Notes: generated by a model not told the origin, from the letters alone. A stretch of 63,436 nt of DNA, filler included, from Octopus bimaculoides (GCF_001194135.2; 7 parts of 7 records of this genome joined end to end with filler, not necessarily neighbours in it); one strand, 5' to 3'; shown: positions 1 to 13,469, numbered from the whole stretch's first letter. A program made the numbers and translations.

Positions 1-1110
1 AGAGAGTAAAATTTATCCGCCAACGTAAAGTGGCAGTCCTGATTAGGACGATGTTACTATCTTTTTTTAGCCCTAGGAATACATCTTTTCCAGTTGGCTA
101 CCGACGCACAACTGCGTCCTTATATCTCGAACAAGGGAGCTAATGTCTCCATTCAGCCTTAAACGGTACCTGCGGACCATGGTTTCTGGGTTATTTCTCT
201 TCATCGTCACGGGATAACCGTTGGCTAGAGACAGCAGCACTAGGCCTTGTTCGAAGTATGCACTTTTAAAGTGACACACAGCCATTGATCTCGTAAAGAG
301 CAAAACATTTAGTTTTAGATCTCTAAGAGAGAAGTAAATAGTAACAGTACCACAAAGTAAAATCTATTTGCCAATGTAAAGTGGCTGTTCTGATTAGGAC
401 GTGTGCCAATGAAGAGAAATAATCCAGAAACCATGATCCGCAGGTACCGTTTAAGGCTTAGTGAGGACATTAGCTCTCTAGTTCGAACTATAAGGACGCA
501 GTTGTGCGTCGGTAGCCACCTGGAAAAAATGTTTTCTTGGGGCTAGAAAGTGTAGGACTGAATACACGAGGCAAAGATTATCATGTGAGTTGAATAGGAG
601 CTTCTTGGAAAATAATCCATGATAGATAATCAGGGATACACAGCAAGGAATACTAGCCAAGCGTCGAAGTGCATCCATGATTCTAGACCTCGTACACGAG
701 GCAAAGATAATCGTGTGAGCTGAGTAGGAGTTTCTTGGAAAATAATCTATGATAGGTAACCTGGGATACACAACAGGGAAAGTTGTACTTCTCTACAGCA
801 ACAAAAACGTCAGATGATAGCTTTTGGCTGATGAACAGAAGTTCATACATTGCTGTGTTACCAGAAAGTGTTAAAGTGATAGTATTACAGATAACCGGCA
901 TATTAGTTTTCACTTAGAAGGTATACTTTTACAGTCGAGGAACAGGAAATAACAACAAATTATCTGATGCACAGTAGAAATAGGGATGCAGGTAAGAAAC
1001 CTTGAAATAACAGGTTATGCAGGCTCTGTGAAATTAGCCCCGATGGTCTAAATCACATAAGCAGCTGTCATCATATGAGATCGATCTCTTACTAGATCGA
1101 TCGATCGATC

Positions 1111-1160
<50 letters not shown>

Positions 1161-1228
1161 CAGGCACATACATACATACATACGTGCATGCATGAATGCA
1201 TGCACACATACATACATACATACATACA

Positions 1229-1260
<32 letters not shown>

Positions 1261-2391
1261 AAATATCCTGTTGATGATGTTGTTGAAATTCCAATGAAGG
1301 AGTCTTGGATCTAGGTTAGAAACCGGCTCTTTCTCTATTGACAAGAAATACAGAAATGAAACTGATTGATAACATACATACATACATGCATACATATAGA
1401 CAGATAGACAGACAGAAAAATAGATAGACAGACAGAAACCGGCTCTTTCTCTATTGGCAAGAAATCTTGAAATAAAACCGAATAATGACATACATACACA
1501 TATACGTACTAAACAGGTACATTGTAATTTTCTAAAGATTATAATACACAATCTGAATAAATGATAATCCTGAAAATATAAATTTAAAAGGTCAAAGTTA
1601 TTCTCACTCATATTACGAACGAATACTAGTGAAATGTACTTCTCTCCGTAAAAATGTCGCCACAACAGAAAAGACATAATAATTTGAGAAAGATAAAACC
1701 GTGTCTACTGTACTAAATATCAGTTTGAGTTTCAGACGTTAACATAATGTCAAAAATAAAAGTTTTAAAAAAATCGTCTCTGCTGAATTAACAAAAAAAA
1801 TCTGCAGCTATTACATCCGGGCCTATAATGGTAGACCTACGACCGAGATAATTGGGTCAGTTTGTTATGTGATCGGTACCGCTCAGCATTAATCTTATGA
1901 AACTAGCCTTTGCAAAACCAGGTACGGTTTGGCTAAATTTATAAATTTACAATTACAATATATAAAACATTGAAAAAGTTAGCACGCTTATAAGTACACA
2001 CATATACATACGTATAGACATCAGCTATATGTATAAGTACATGTATGTGTGTGTGTGTGTGTGTGTNNNNNNNNNNNNNNNNNNNNNNNNNNNNNNNNNN
2101 NNNNNNNNNNNNNNNNNNNNNNNNNNNNNNNNNNNNNNNNNNNNNNNNNNNNNNNNNNNNNNNNNNNNNNNNNNNNNNNNNNNNNNNNNNNNNNNNNNNN
2201 NNNNNNNNNNNNNNNNNNNNNNNNNNNNNNNNNNNNNNNNNNNNNNNNNNNNNNNNNNNNNNNNNNNNNNNNNNNNNNNNNNNNNNNNNNNNNNNNNNNN
2301 NNNNNNNNNNNNNNNNNNNNNNNNNNNNNNNNNNNNNNNNNNNNNNNNNNNNNNNNNNNNNNNNNNNNNNNNNNNNNNNNNNNNNNNNNNN

Positions 2392-2450
<59 letters not shown>

Positions 2451-2519
2451 CACATAGGTACGTATGCCAAAACATACAATTCACATATGCAATGCCATGT
2501 ATGCTTGTCCACATGCAAA

Positions 2520-2900
2520 CACGTTTGTTGGTGGTATTATCATGGATTTTCATGGTGTTATCATGGTATTATCTTTGATTGGCGCTGCATGTTTGGAAAA
2601 TGGATTGGTCTCATACATCTAATCAAAGACCTCATAAACGACATAATCTTTCCAGAGATCATAGAGATTTTGACATATGCTCTCATATACCAAAATTCAT
2701 TTTGCCTGGTCATGTCATGGATTTTTCATCAAAATAACAACTGCGAAGAATATCCGAAGAATAATCAAGGGATTCATCTAAAACAAAAAGAAATTGAGTG
2801 TTGCAGTGTCCAGCACAATAATTAGCATTTATTCATCAGTACATTTTTGTTTTTAAAGTAAGTGACGCCTTTGCAGTCGATGATGTCTAAATTTCAACGA
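2520..2900 (+). mobile_element. Tc1-family transposase relic
   Basis: Translation 'GIIFDWRCMFGKWIGLIHLIKD...EIL.YA...MSWIFHQNNN...KEIE' resembles the Tc1 DDE region (VWGC...G.G.L..I......WIFQQDNDPKH); degenerate. Confidence 0.65.
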
Positions 2901-3179
2901 GTGAGCAGACTTACTAGGTTTAATTTGTGGATTTAAATATTATGGAGAAAACTTATGGAAGCGAGTCGTCATGAATATTCGGTAAATAAACTTCAGAAAA
3001 TTTAAGAAATTGCATGATTATATCGCCATTAAAAAAAAGTAAGAAGAAATTCAAAATTATATGATCACCAAATATATAGATTCGATGCCTCGTAGATGTG
3101 ATTCCCTTTTGAGTAATTTCGAGTACTAGCCTAAGTTCCAGTGCCATACAATTATATTTTTCGCGATCATTAATACACA

Positions 3180-3600
3180 CGAAAGGTGGAGTGGTGGTCT
3201 TCCGGTGCTCATTCTGCAGACGTGGTCAAACTACTGCGCTGCCGGACTTGGTCTTCAATGGTCGGCCGCTGCTGGCATTGTTCGGTCGCGTAGAGAAACA
3301 CCAAGAACCTGACGAAGACACCACATTTGGAACACCTCGAGCTTGTGCAGGTCCTGTTGGAGGATGGTCCAGGTCTCAGTGCTGTAGAAGAGGACAGGCA
3401 AAACCAGGGTGCGGAAAAGACGGATTTGGTCCTTAAGGAGACACGTGCGAAACAAATTGAGGAAGACCTGAAATCGCAGTGCCTCGACCTCAAAGATGCT
3501 AAGGCCAGTGTCATGGATCGGAAAGCGTGGAATAACATCATCACCAAAGTCCGTCATCTAGTGGTACCCACAGCAGCGCATTGGTTGAGGGGACAGTCTC
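3180..3600. mobile_element. RTE-clade LINE 3' fragment with an internal inversion (3180-3435 minus, 3435-3600 plus)
   Basis: Minus: KDQIRLFRTLVLPVLFYSTETW...FQMWCLRQVLGVSLRDR...FDHVCRM; plus: TRAKQIEEDLKSQCLDLKDA...DRKAWNNII, the next C-terminal RTE segment. Confidence 0.8.
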
Positions 3601-5598
3601 CCACTGCGTCCAGGGTATATATACAATATGACAGTTTACCCAATGTGATAGAATTAGAGAATCTCATGGAATATATAATAGGCAAGAAAGACTGATAATT
3701 AATATGTATAATTAGAAGAGTAGAATGGAACTGCGAGCTTTGTGGGGCTCGTAAGCCATTACATCTTTCATTGTTAAATATTTCATTTCGTATTTCATCA
3801 TTCGTTTTATGTACCCCACGTTTTGTGTTGTCTGTCCTTGTAGTGTCCCCCTCTATGTTATGGCCGTAGTGGCTAATAAAGAAAGGAGTCTCCCACTCCG
3901 GTCGCTAGTTAGAGATTTTACTTACCTTATTTAATATACACATTCAATTTTTTATCTTAAATTAAGAGAAGCTATTGAGACTATTAAAAGTTACGTAAGA
4001 TTAATTTTAAATGTTTCAACTTATTTAATTTTTATTCATACAAATAAGCCTAAATCATCAATTGTTAAATTAACGGAAATAATTAGCATTTATTCATCNN
4101 NNNNNNNNNNNNNNNNNNNNNNNNNNNNNNNNNNNNNNNNNNNNNNNNNNNNNNNNNNNNNNNNNNNNNNNNNNNNNNNNNNNNNNNNNNNNNNNNNNNN
4201 NNNNNNNNNNNNNNNNNNNNNNNNNNNNNNNNNNNNNNNNNNNNNNNNNNNNNNNNNNNNNNNNNNNNNNNNNNNNNNNNNNNNNNNNNNNNNNNNNNNN
4301 NNNNNNNNNNNNNNNNNNNNNNNNNNNNNNNNNNNNNNNNNNNNNNNNNNNNNNNNNNNNNNNNNNNNNNNNNNNNNNNNNNNNNNNNNNNNNNNNNNNN
4401 NNNNNNNNNNNNNNNNNNNNNNNNNNNNNNNNNNNNNNNNNNNNNNNNNNNNNNNNNNNNNNNNNNNNNNNNNNNNNNNNNNNNNNNNNNNNNNNNNNNN
4501 NNNNNNNNNNNNNNNNNNNNNNNNNNNNNNNNNNNNNNNNNNNNNNNNNNNNNNNNNNNNNNNNNNNNNNNNNNNNNNNNNNNNNNNNNNNNNNNNNNNN
4601 NNNNNNNNNNNNNNNNNNNNNNNNNNNNNNNNNNNNNNNNNNNNNNNNNNNNNNNNNNNNNNNNNNNNNNNNNNNNNNNNNNNNNNNNNNNNNNNNNNNN
4701 NNNNNNNNNNNNNNNNNNNNNNNNNNNNNNNNNNNNNNNNNNNNNNNNNNNNNNNNNNNNNNNNNNNNNNNNNNNNNNNNNNNNNNNNNNNNNNNNNNNN
4801 NNNNNNNNNNNNNNNNNNNNNNNNNNNNNNNNNNNNNNNNNNNNNNNNNNNNNNNNNNNNNNNNNNNNNNNNNNNNNNNNNNNNNNNNNNNNNNNNNNNN
4901 NNNNNNNNNNNNNNNNNNNNNNNNNNNNNNNNNNNNNNNNNNNNNNNNNNNNNNNNNNNNNNNNNNNNNNNNNNNNNNNNNNNNNNNNNNNNNNNNNNNN
5001 NNNNNNNNNNNNNNNNNNNNNNNNNNNNNNNNNNNNNNNNNNTTTTTTTTTTTTTTTTGCACCGCCATAAAAAGACCTGATGTACGAACCAGGCCGTTTT
5101 TGATAATATATCCACAGTTAAATTAGCACAAATCCATTTGTTATGTAACAGCTGCTTCTATAGTTTCCTACTAAGCATTGTTCATTATCGATTTCGTCAT
5201 TGTTATGGAATATTGCTCTCAACCTCTACTCTCACCCACTTTTGTTCCACTTCTCATATATGTTATGTATCTCTCTCTCTCTCTCTCGCTCTCTCTCTCT
5301 CTACCTGTATATATATATATGTATATGCGTGTTAACAATTCTGCCAGATCACGGCCTTAATCTGAGGAAATATTACGAAGTGTTAGTTGTCTTGCACGTT
5401 TGTTGACTCGTAAAAAGTTAAGCTGAATACATAGAAGTACTATGAATAATCTTGCATTTCGCCCCCAGCATCACTACCGATTTGGGAGAGACGCCTCTCT
5501 CTAGTATAGCGGAAAATAAATGTTTGAGACAGAAGGTTGTTTGTAATTCTTGAAGTCTCTTTTTATTTTTGTTGCTCCTTTTGTGTGTGTGTGAGAAG

Positions 5599-5638
<40 letters not shown>

Positions 5639-7588
5639 NNNNNNNNNNNNNNNNNNNNNNNNNNNNNNNNNNNNNNNNNNNNNNNNNNNNNNNNNNNNNN
5701 NNNNNNNNNNNNNNNNNNNNNNNNNNNNNNNNNNNNNNNNNNNNNNNNNNNNNNNNNNNNNNNNNNNNNNNNNNNNNNNNNNNNNNNNNNNNNNNNNNNN
5801 NNNNNNNNNNNNNNNNNNNNNNNNNNNNNNNNNNNNNNNNNNNNNNNNNNNNNNNNNNNNNNNNNNNNNNNNNNNNNNNNNNNNNNNNNNNNNNNNNNNN
5901 NNNNNNNNNNNNNNNNNNNNNNNNNNNNNNNNNNNNNNNNNNNNNNNNNNNNNNNNNNNNNNNNNNNNNNNNNNNNNNNNNNNNNNNNNNNNNNNNNNNN
6001 NNNNNNNNNNNNNNNNNNNNNNNNNNNNNNNNNNNNNNNNNATATATATTTACATATATAGATACAAACATGTGAATGTGTGTCCTAGTGTGTCTTGCCC
6101 ATAAGATGATGATCTATGAACCTCTGATTTTATGGGTGCTTACGCTTTATTTGGCTCAATTGTTATCTCATTGCAGATTTGAAAGCAATTTTCCCAAGGA
6201 GAGTACTTGTAGCTTAAAATGCCATATAGACCGACCAAGCGATATTGAAGTTTTCAGTCATTAGAGTATCATATATGGTTTTATAATTTCATACTGTTCC
6301 CCCCCCCCTTTCTTTTGTCTCATGTTTAATTGTAGGCTTCTGGTTAAGTATCTGCTCTTCAATCTGCCCTCGAAAAGTGTAATATACGATCTTCGGGAAC
6401 TAACTGTAGCTCGGTAATTCAACCATTCAGCAAGATATAAATTCCCCATATCTCTGTGTGTATTTATATATGCATATATGGGTACAGGACGTCACCAACA
6501 GTGCAAATAACATGAAGTACGTAAACAAACGAGGGAAAACGAGAGAAATACGTAAACAACGAGAAAAAAATTGAGAACAGGACAAGTTAACAGAGAAAGG
6601 ACCCTTCATCAGTTGTCGGCTGTCTATCTACTCCTGATTTCGAGTATTCAATGATGGGCTACTTCCGTTTCCGTCTATGTCTAGCAAATCCACTTAAAAG
6701 GTTTTAGTCGGTTCGAGGCTATAGTAGAACACACACTTGCCCAAGGTGCCACGCAATAGGACTGAACACAGAATTATGTAGTTCGGAAACAAGCTTCTTT
6801 ACCACACAGCCATGATATTCAAAACTGTATGCATGTGTGTGTCTGTGTATATATATATAACAGGTGTGGTTGCCGAATGTGAAGAAAAGTTGTGTTGCAG
6901 ATGAAGATTCCGTGAAAGAAGGGCAGTGTCCGCAGTTGTAGGTAGCATATTCATTTCTCCATCACACATAATTAAAGCCAAACCACCACAGGTAGGCGTG
7001 TATAAAAACAGTCGGAAAACATACAAGATAACGAGAGTTATATTTTCTTGTAAAAGGGTAGATAGCGTTAGACTTACATATTCCCACACTACTTGTCATT
7101 CTAGCAGCGGTAACTGAATGGTGCAAGTGATGTTGTTGAAACGGAAGAGAGGGTGGACAAGACAATTGTATCGCAGGTGGGTTCCACAGCTGTCCTTCTA
7201 TGACGCTATGTCGAGACGGTGTTTCGAGTCGGTCGGCCTGCTCTCTGTCGGTCATTTTCACCCGCTGCTTTTTCCTTACAAAATGCTGGTATTTATAAAT
7301 GTGCAGACAAGCTAAGAAAATGGATATACCATTATAACTGCGGCTAAATTAATGTAGGTCATTCGTTATCTATCTGAACATACCATTTCACAGAAAATCC
7401 ATGTGTCAAGTGAAAAACACATAGATCATCGTTCCTTTTAACAGGATACTAGGCCGTATGGCTAGGGAGAATTTTTAGATTCGGTTTCGGATCTCGAGCA
7501 GGCAGGGCGAAAGAGGTCCTGCACACACACATATATATATATATGGAGGTTGTCTACTCCTTAAACAGAGTTTGACCACCTCCTGCAC

Positions 7589-7790
7589 CTACACCTTAGC
7601 CCTTTCATGGCGTCTGATGTGGCTTTTTAAACCAGACAGTGTTTTGAAAAAACACCCACACAGATTGCACCTCTGATTTGCACTACCAATACCTGCAAGT
7701 AAGTTCTGCTCATTGTGGATCCTAACATGTCTTTTAAGACCCCCATTGGATTTGCAAACCCTCTGGCACACACCACATTCAAACGTGTGC
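7589..7790 (-). mobile_element. RTE-type LINE C-terminal C2H2-like tail fragment
   Basis: FECGVCQRVCKSNGGLKRHVRIH...CNLCGCFFKTLSGLKSHIRRH*; no TGEKP linkers; matches LINE ORF2 terminal zinc fingers; bounded by a microsatellite and a gap. Confidence 0.55.
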
Positions 7791-7801
7791 ACAGATATAT
7801 A

Positions 7802-7836
<35 letters not shown>

Positions 7837-7892
7837 TATATATATATANNNNNNNNNNNNNNNNNNNNNNNNNNNNNNNNNNNNNNNNNNNN

Positions 7893-7904
7893 TTAATTAA
7901 TTAA
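7893..7904. other. Artificial scaffolding linker TTAATTAATTAA inside an N gap (also 13311, 28156, 45197, 59382, 61345)
   Basis: Identical 12-mer with stops in all six frames, each centred in an N run. Confidence 0.9.
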
Positions 7905-7948
7905 NNNNNNNNNNNNNNNNNNNNNNNNNNNNNNNNNNNNNNNNNNNN

Positions 7949-8506
7949 AACAGCAGACCTTGAAGCAATCCAGAGAAGATTCACAAAGAAGATTGTCTCT
8001 TTGCAACTGCTCAGCTACTGGGAAAGGCTGAAACAGCTAAGACTCTACTCCCTGGAGAGAAGGCGGGAGAGGTATGCAGTAATATACATCTGGAAGATCC
8101 TGGAAGGAATTGTGCCAAATTTTGGCATTGAAAGCTACACCAATGCCAGAACGGGACGACACTGCATAGTGCCAAAGATCCCAGCAATGCCATCGCGCTT
8201 CAGGACCAGTTACTGCAACAGTTTGGGTTTCAGGGTCCCACGGCTTTTTAATATTCTCCCAAAGAGCCTGAGGAACCTGCACAAAGTAGATGTAGGGTTT
8301 TTTAAATCAAAGCTGGACGTCTTCCTGTCGAGAGTCCCAGATGAACCTACCTCGCGGCAGGAGGTTCAAATGAGGTTTGCTATATCAAATTCCATTCTTC
8401 ACCAAGTGCCACATATTGTAAGAAGCTCCCTGTAATAACAGTGTAGCAACACGGCGGTGCATCAGCATGGCCGCAGCTCTAAGCTGAAACTATAATAAAA
8501 AAAAAA
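7949..8506 (+). mobile_element. CR1/L2-like LINE 3' end with A-rich tail
   Basis: DLEAIQRRFTKKI...LSYWERLKQLRLYSLERRRERYAVIYIWKILEG...FKSKLDVFL...PDEP; ends in TAATAAAAAAAAAAAA. Confidence 0.85.
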
Positions 8507-8569
8507 ATATATATATATATACATATAAATGTATGATTATATATATATTTATATGTATATGTATATATA

Positions 8570-8807
8570 TATTAGAAAAAATAATCAGGTACTCAGATGT
8601 CTGGATGGTTGTACATTTACAGATTTTTATTCATATGTCACATGTTTTATAAATTAGCGCCTTCACCTAGTCTTGTAGGGTCTTCAAATTTGAAAACCCT
8701 ACACGACTAGGTGAAAGCACTAATTTATAAAACATGTGACATATGAATAGAAATCTGTAAATGTACAACCATCCAGACATCTGAGTACCTGATTGTTTTT
8801 TCTAATA
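8570..8807. repeat. 238-bp near-perfect palindrome (MITE-like or Penelope-associated) embedded in (TA)n
   Basis: Arms mirror about 8688/8689 (centre TTCAAATTTGAA) with only a few mismatches. Confidence 0.9.
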
Positions 8808-10140
8808 TACATATATATATGTGTCCAGTTGTTTTACTTGTATATTGTATTATATCACTCTAAACTTTTTATGTTCTCTATATTTTTTTCCTTCCTCTCT
8901 ATATGTAAAACAAACATCCTGATGAAGGAAGTACAACACCATATTAATATGAGTACAACACCATATTAATAGACACATCTCAGAAACGGTCCGTACGTGT
9001 ACACTTTTAACTTAACTTTTATATTATATGTTGTTTTTTTTGTTTTTTTTGTTTTTTTAAATCCTGTCCTAATGTAAACGTTTTTAATATAAAAAATGTA
9101 AATTTATAACTTCATCATACCGTATATATTTACCCATTATATGTTATATCATAATGTACATTTACACATCATAATGTTTTAACTTTAATTGTCATATTTT
9201 TATACAACTTAGAAATCATGCATATTTATAAATATTTTTTTTAATAAATATTTTGAACATTCATGATATTTCTAAAGTTTTTATTGTTGTATTTGCTTGT
9301 CTTTTTACCGTACCTTTTAGACACTTTAGAGACTGAATACTATAAATTCATTTATTGATTCTTGAAGGAATTGAACACACATATTGTATCTTGCGTTGGA
9401 CATATGGTATTATTCCTGTGATTTTCCACTCTTATGTATCCATTTTTACTATAAGATATNNNNNNNNNNNNNNNNNNNNNNNNNNNNNNNNNNNNNNNNN
9501 NNNNNNNNNNNNNNNNNNNNNNNNNNNNNNNNNNNNNNNNNNNNNNNNNNNNNNNNNNNNNNNNNNNNNNNNNNNNNNNNNNNNNNNNNNNNNNNNNNNN
9601 NNNNNNNNNNNNNNNNNNNNNNNNNNNNNNNNNNNNNNNNNNNNNNNNNNNNNNNNNNNNNNNNNNNNNNNNNNNNNNNNNNNNNNNNNNNNNNNNNNNN
9701 NNNNNNNNNNNNNNNNNNNNNNNNNNNNNNNNNNNNNNNNNNNNNNNNNNNNNNNNNNNNNNNNNNNNNNNNNNNNNNNNNNNNNNNNNNNNNNNNNNNN
9801 NNNNNNNNNNNNNNNNNNNNNNNNNNNNNNNNNNNNNNNNNNNNNNNNNNNNNNNNNNNNNNNNNNNNNNNNNNNNNNNNNNNNNNNNNNNNNNNNNNNN
9901 NNNNNNNNNNNNNNNNNNNNNNNNNNNNNNNNNNNNNNNNNNNNNNNNNNNNNNNNNNNNNNNNNNNNNNNNNNNNNNNNNNNNNNNNNNNNNNNNNNNN
10001 NNNNNNNNNNNNNNNNNNNNNNNNNNNNNNNNNNNNNNNNNNNNNNNNNNNNNNNNNNNNNNNNNNNNNNNNNNNNNNNNNNNNNNNNNNNNNNNNNNNN
10101 NNNNNNNNNNNNNNNNNNNNNNNNNNNNNNNNNNNNNNNN

Positions 10141-10178
<38 letters not shown>

Positions 10179-10185
10179 TAAGTGC

Positions 10186-10312
10186 ATGATTGGCTGGCCG
10201 TGTGGTAAGTGGCTTGCTTACCAACTACATGCTTCTGGGTTCAGTCCCACTGAATGGCATCTTGAGCGAGTGTTTTTTACTATAGCCTCGGACCGTCCGA
10301 AGCCTTGTGAGT
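10186..10312 (+). mobile_element. Octopus SINE family A, 5' part
   Basis: TGGCTGGCCGTGTGGTAAGTGGCTTGCT...GGGTTCAGTCCCACTG...AAGCCTTGTGAGTGG, similar to 50602-50765. Confidence 0.75.
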
Positions 10313-10315
10313 GGC

Positions 10316-10346
<31 letters not shown>

Positions 10347-11078
10347 CACCTTATAGTAAATTTTGTACGATTCTTACTCTATCTATTAGTCCCCTTCTTT
10401 ACTGTTTCCTTTTTCCTTTTTATCGCTCCCCTTCTCTCTCTCACGCACACATTTATTGGTCCTCCCGCGGGTTTATCTCCGCTGTACCTTTCTCTTTGTC
10501 TCTGATTATTTTCTAATCCTTCAAATCCGCTACACCCTACCCATCTCTCCTCCTTTTACGTGACCGGTGTCCGGGCAGCCATGATCTTTATTTCTTGCCC
10601 TGACTGCTGACCGCCAATACCTCTTATGTCCATCCCCTATATTCCTGCCTTTAGGTTTTCACTTCATACACGCCAGCTCAACTGGATTCGTTCTCAGTCG
10701 AAAGACACCCGTTGTTATTTTCTTGCTTGTATTCGAAATTGTGAAGCACGTTTTCCTTTTTTTATCTTTTTGTGGACTATTTTCTCCTTTTTTTGTCTTT
10801 CTTGCCGTACGCATTCGCTAGCTTTCATACAAAGGGCTCTAATGTTCTTAGCTTAGACTTTTTTTTTGGGGGGGGGGGGGCAACCAGATCGAACCGTCTC
10901 AAGTGTAACTGCCCGAAACGGTCGTGATTTCTGGTACTTGACTGAGGAAAGAAGGCCACGAATGACCCGTCTTTTTTTGCCTGTCCTTCTAATTTTTGTT
11001 TCTCTTATCTGCCTTTGTATTGTCTATCTGTCCGAATGTTTTATTGTTCTCTATAGCATTTTTGTTCCATATATATAT

Positions 11079-11117
<39 letters not shown>

Positions 11118-11968
11118 GAGAGAGACAGACAGAGAGAGACAGAGATACATACAAACACACATACATACACATATACATACATACACACATGCATGCATAC
11201 ATGCCTATATATTTATACAACGTTATGTACCCATAAATATGTTCGTATGTGAACTATTGTGTGTGTGCATACACGTGCTTATAGGTAAAGATAAAATAAT
11301 CTTTAATAAACCACTTGTTCCTTAAAACATTTACATGTATTTATTTCTCTTTTACGGAAATTTCATAATATTCAAAGTTGTTGAGAAATGGACGAACCTA
11401 GAGTATGAACTACATTCTGTCATAGAAAGTCGCACGCGCTTATGCGCAGACTTGTAAGTCATCTTGCTACATTTAGCGATTCTGACAACCTGTGGGTTAA
11501 TATTTACGCCTCATAGATACATGTGATTAATGCAACCTTCACTTCACGCAAGATTGTTGGTCATACTGTCACGTAACCTAATACGCAGAAATAATGCGTG
11601 CTGTCACATGACATATTCTCTGGCTCGCAACTATCGTTCATACAGAAACATGAACCTTTGATATTGTGATCAGCTTAAAGCAATGAAATTTAAGTCAGAA
11701 TCATTCTATATTATGGCAAATTTTCGAACTCTAGTCAGAGTGAAAAAATATGGCATAGCTCTATGCCCTTCCACCAAACCTTGCATTTGAAAATCACAAA
11801 ACTGCAACCAACTAAGCAAATGCAATTTTTTTTTTAACTGCGTCTAAGCTCATTTTCTACCTTTCTTTCAAAGTTGCTGTGCAAACTGAAAAATAGAAAT
11901 CTTTTGATGTATTGCATGTTCTAAAGGAGTAAGTAAAGATGACATGAAGTCAACTAAAATTACATAAA

Positions 11969-12444
11969 TACTCTTTTACTCTTTTTCTTGTTTCAGTCAT
12001 TTGACTGCGGCCATGCTGGAGCACCGCCTTTAGTCGAATCAAATCGACCCCGCGACTTATTCTTTGTAAGCCTAGTACTTATTCTATCGGTCTCTTTTTG
12101 CCGAACCGCTAAGTTACGGGGACGTAAACACACCACCATCGGTTGTCAAGCGATGGTGGGGGACAAACACAGACACACACACATACATATATATNNNNNN
12201 NNNNNNNNNNNNNNNNNNNNNNNNNNNNNNNNNNNNNNNNNNNNNNNNNNNNNNNNNNNNNNTATATATATACATATATACGACGGGCTTCTTTCAGTTT
12301 CCGTCTACCAAATCCACTCACAAAGCTTTGGTCGGCCCGAGGCTATAGTAGAAGACACTTGCCCAAGGTGCCACGCAGTGGGAATGAACCCGGAACCATG
12401 TGGTTGGTAAGCAAGCTACTTACCACACAGCCACTCCTGCGCCT
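11969..12444 (-). mobile_element. Octopus SINE family A, near full length (spans a gap)
   Basis: Close reverse complement of 50602-51040, including head, central microsatellite and tail. Confidence 0.9.
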
Positions 12445-13186
12445 ATGTTCATAAAAATGTTGTTATTCGTTTTGTAATACACCAATTTCTCAATTATTAC
12501 ATCTGATATACTGCCATTGTTTCTTTCCTGTTAAACTAGTATCTAACTGTTCAAAGATGACTTCAGAATTAATTAGTAGAAACAGCAGATATGACATCCA
12601 ACTAAATGTGTTTTCATGCTGAACAGATTTGTATCGTGATCCTTCAGGTATCTACAGAAAAAGGCCCAAAACAGACACTGCGTTTGAAAATAAAAGTGGA
12701 TAATCAGGAGCAGAAAATCCTAAGTCACAAGTCTTCCAAATAAGGGGTAGTCAGATAAAGACAATGTGAGTGCTTACATGAAGATTTTACAGTATTAATT
12801 CAATATTGATTTCGAAAATCTAGACACCGCATTTGATACTGAATGAAAGAAGGGAAATATGATGTTTGAAAGCAAAAAAAAAAAGACATTCACTATGCCA
12901 ATATAGATGAATAGGAAAAAAACACGGCTTCTGACGTAGATTAACGTAGATTTATAAGCAAGTTTGATGGAAAAGATATTTAAAGATATTGCAGTGTCGA
13001 GATTTGTTTTGAATCACTTCTTAATAGTTTTTCAAATTTAATTATACTTGGTCAGTAGAATAAATATTTATAATTCTCAAGGAAAACCTACATCAATGGG
13101 GTTTTTACGAAGCATTTATGATGTTGCACTGGTATGCGAGATGAATATATAATGAATCTTAACTATAAAGAAATATCATAAAGAGG

Positions 13187-13243
<57 letters not shown>

Positions 13244-13405
13244 TTATATGTATATACATATATATANNNNNNNNNNNNNNNNNNNNNNNNNNNNNNNNNN
13301 NNNNNNNNNNTTAATTAATTAANNNNNNNNNNNNNNNNNNNNNNNNNNNNNNNNNNNNNNNNNNNNTATATATATATATATATATGTATACAAATACTCA
13401 TGTGT

Positions 13406-13440
<35 letters not shown>

Positions 13441-13469
13441 AATGTGCACATACATCAACAAATACACAT

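Noticed and set aside
7589-7837. Second host C2H2 zinc-finger gene (also 46548-46784)
   Set aside because: No TGEKP linkers or tandem array; context matches RTE ORF2 C-terminal fingers.
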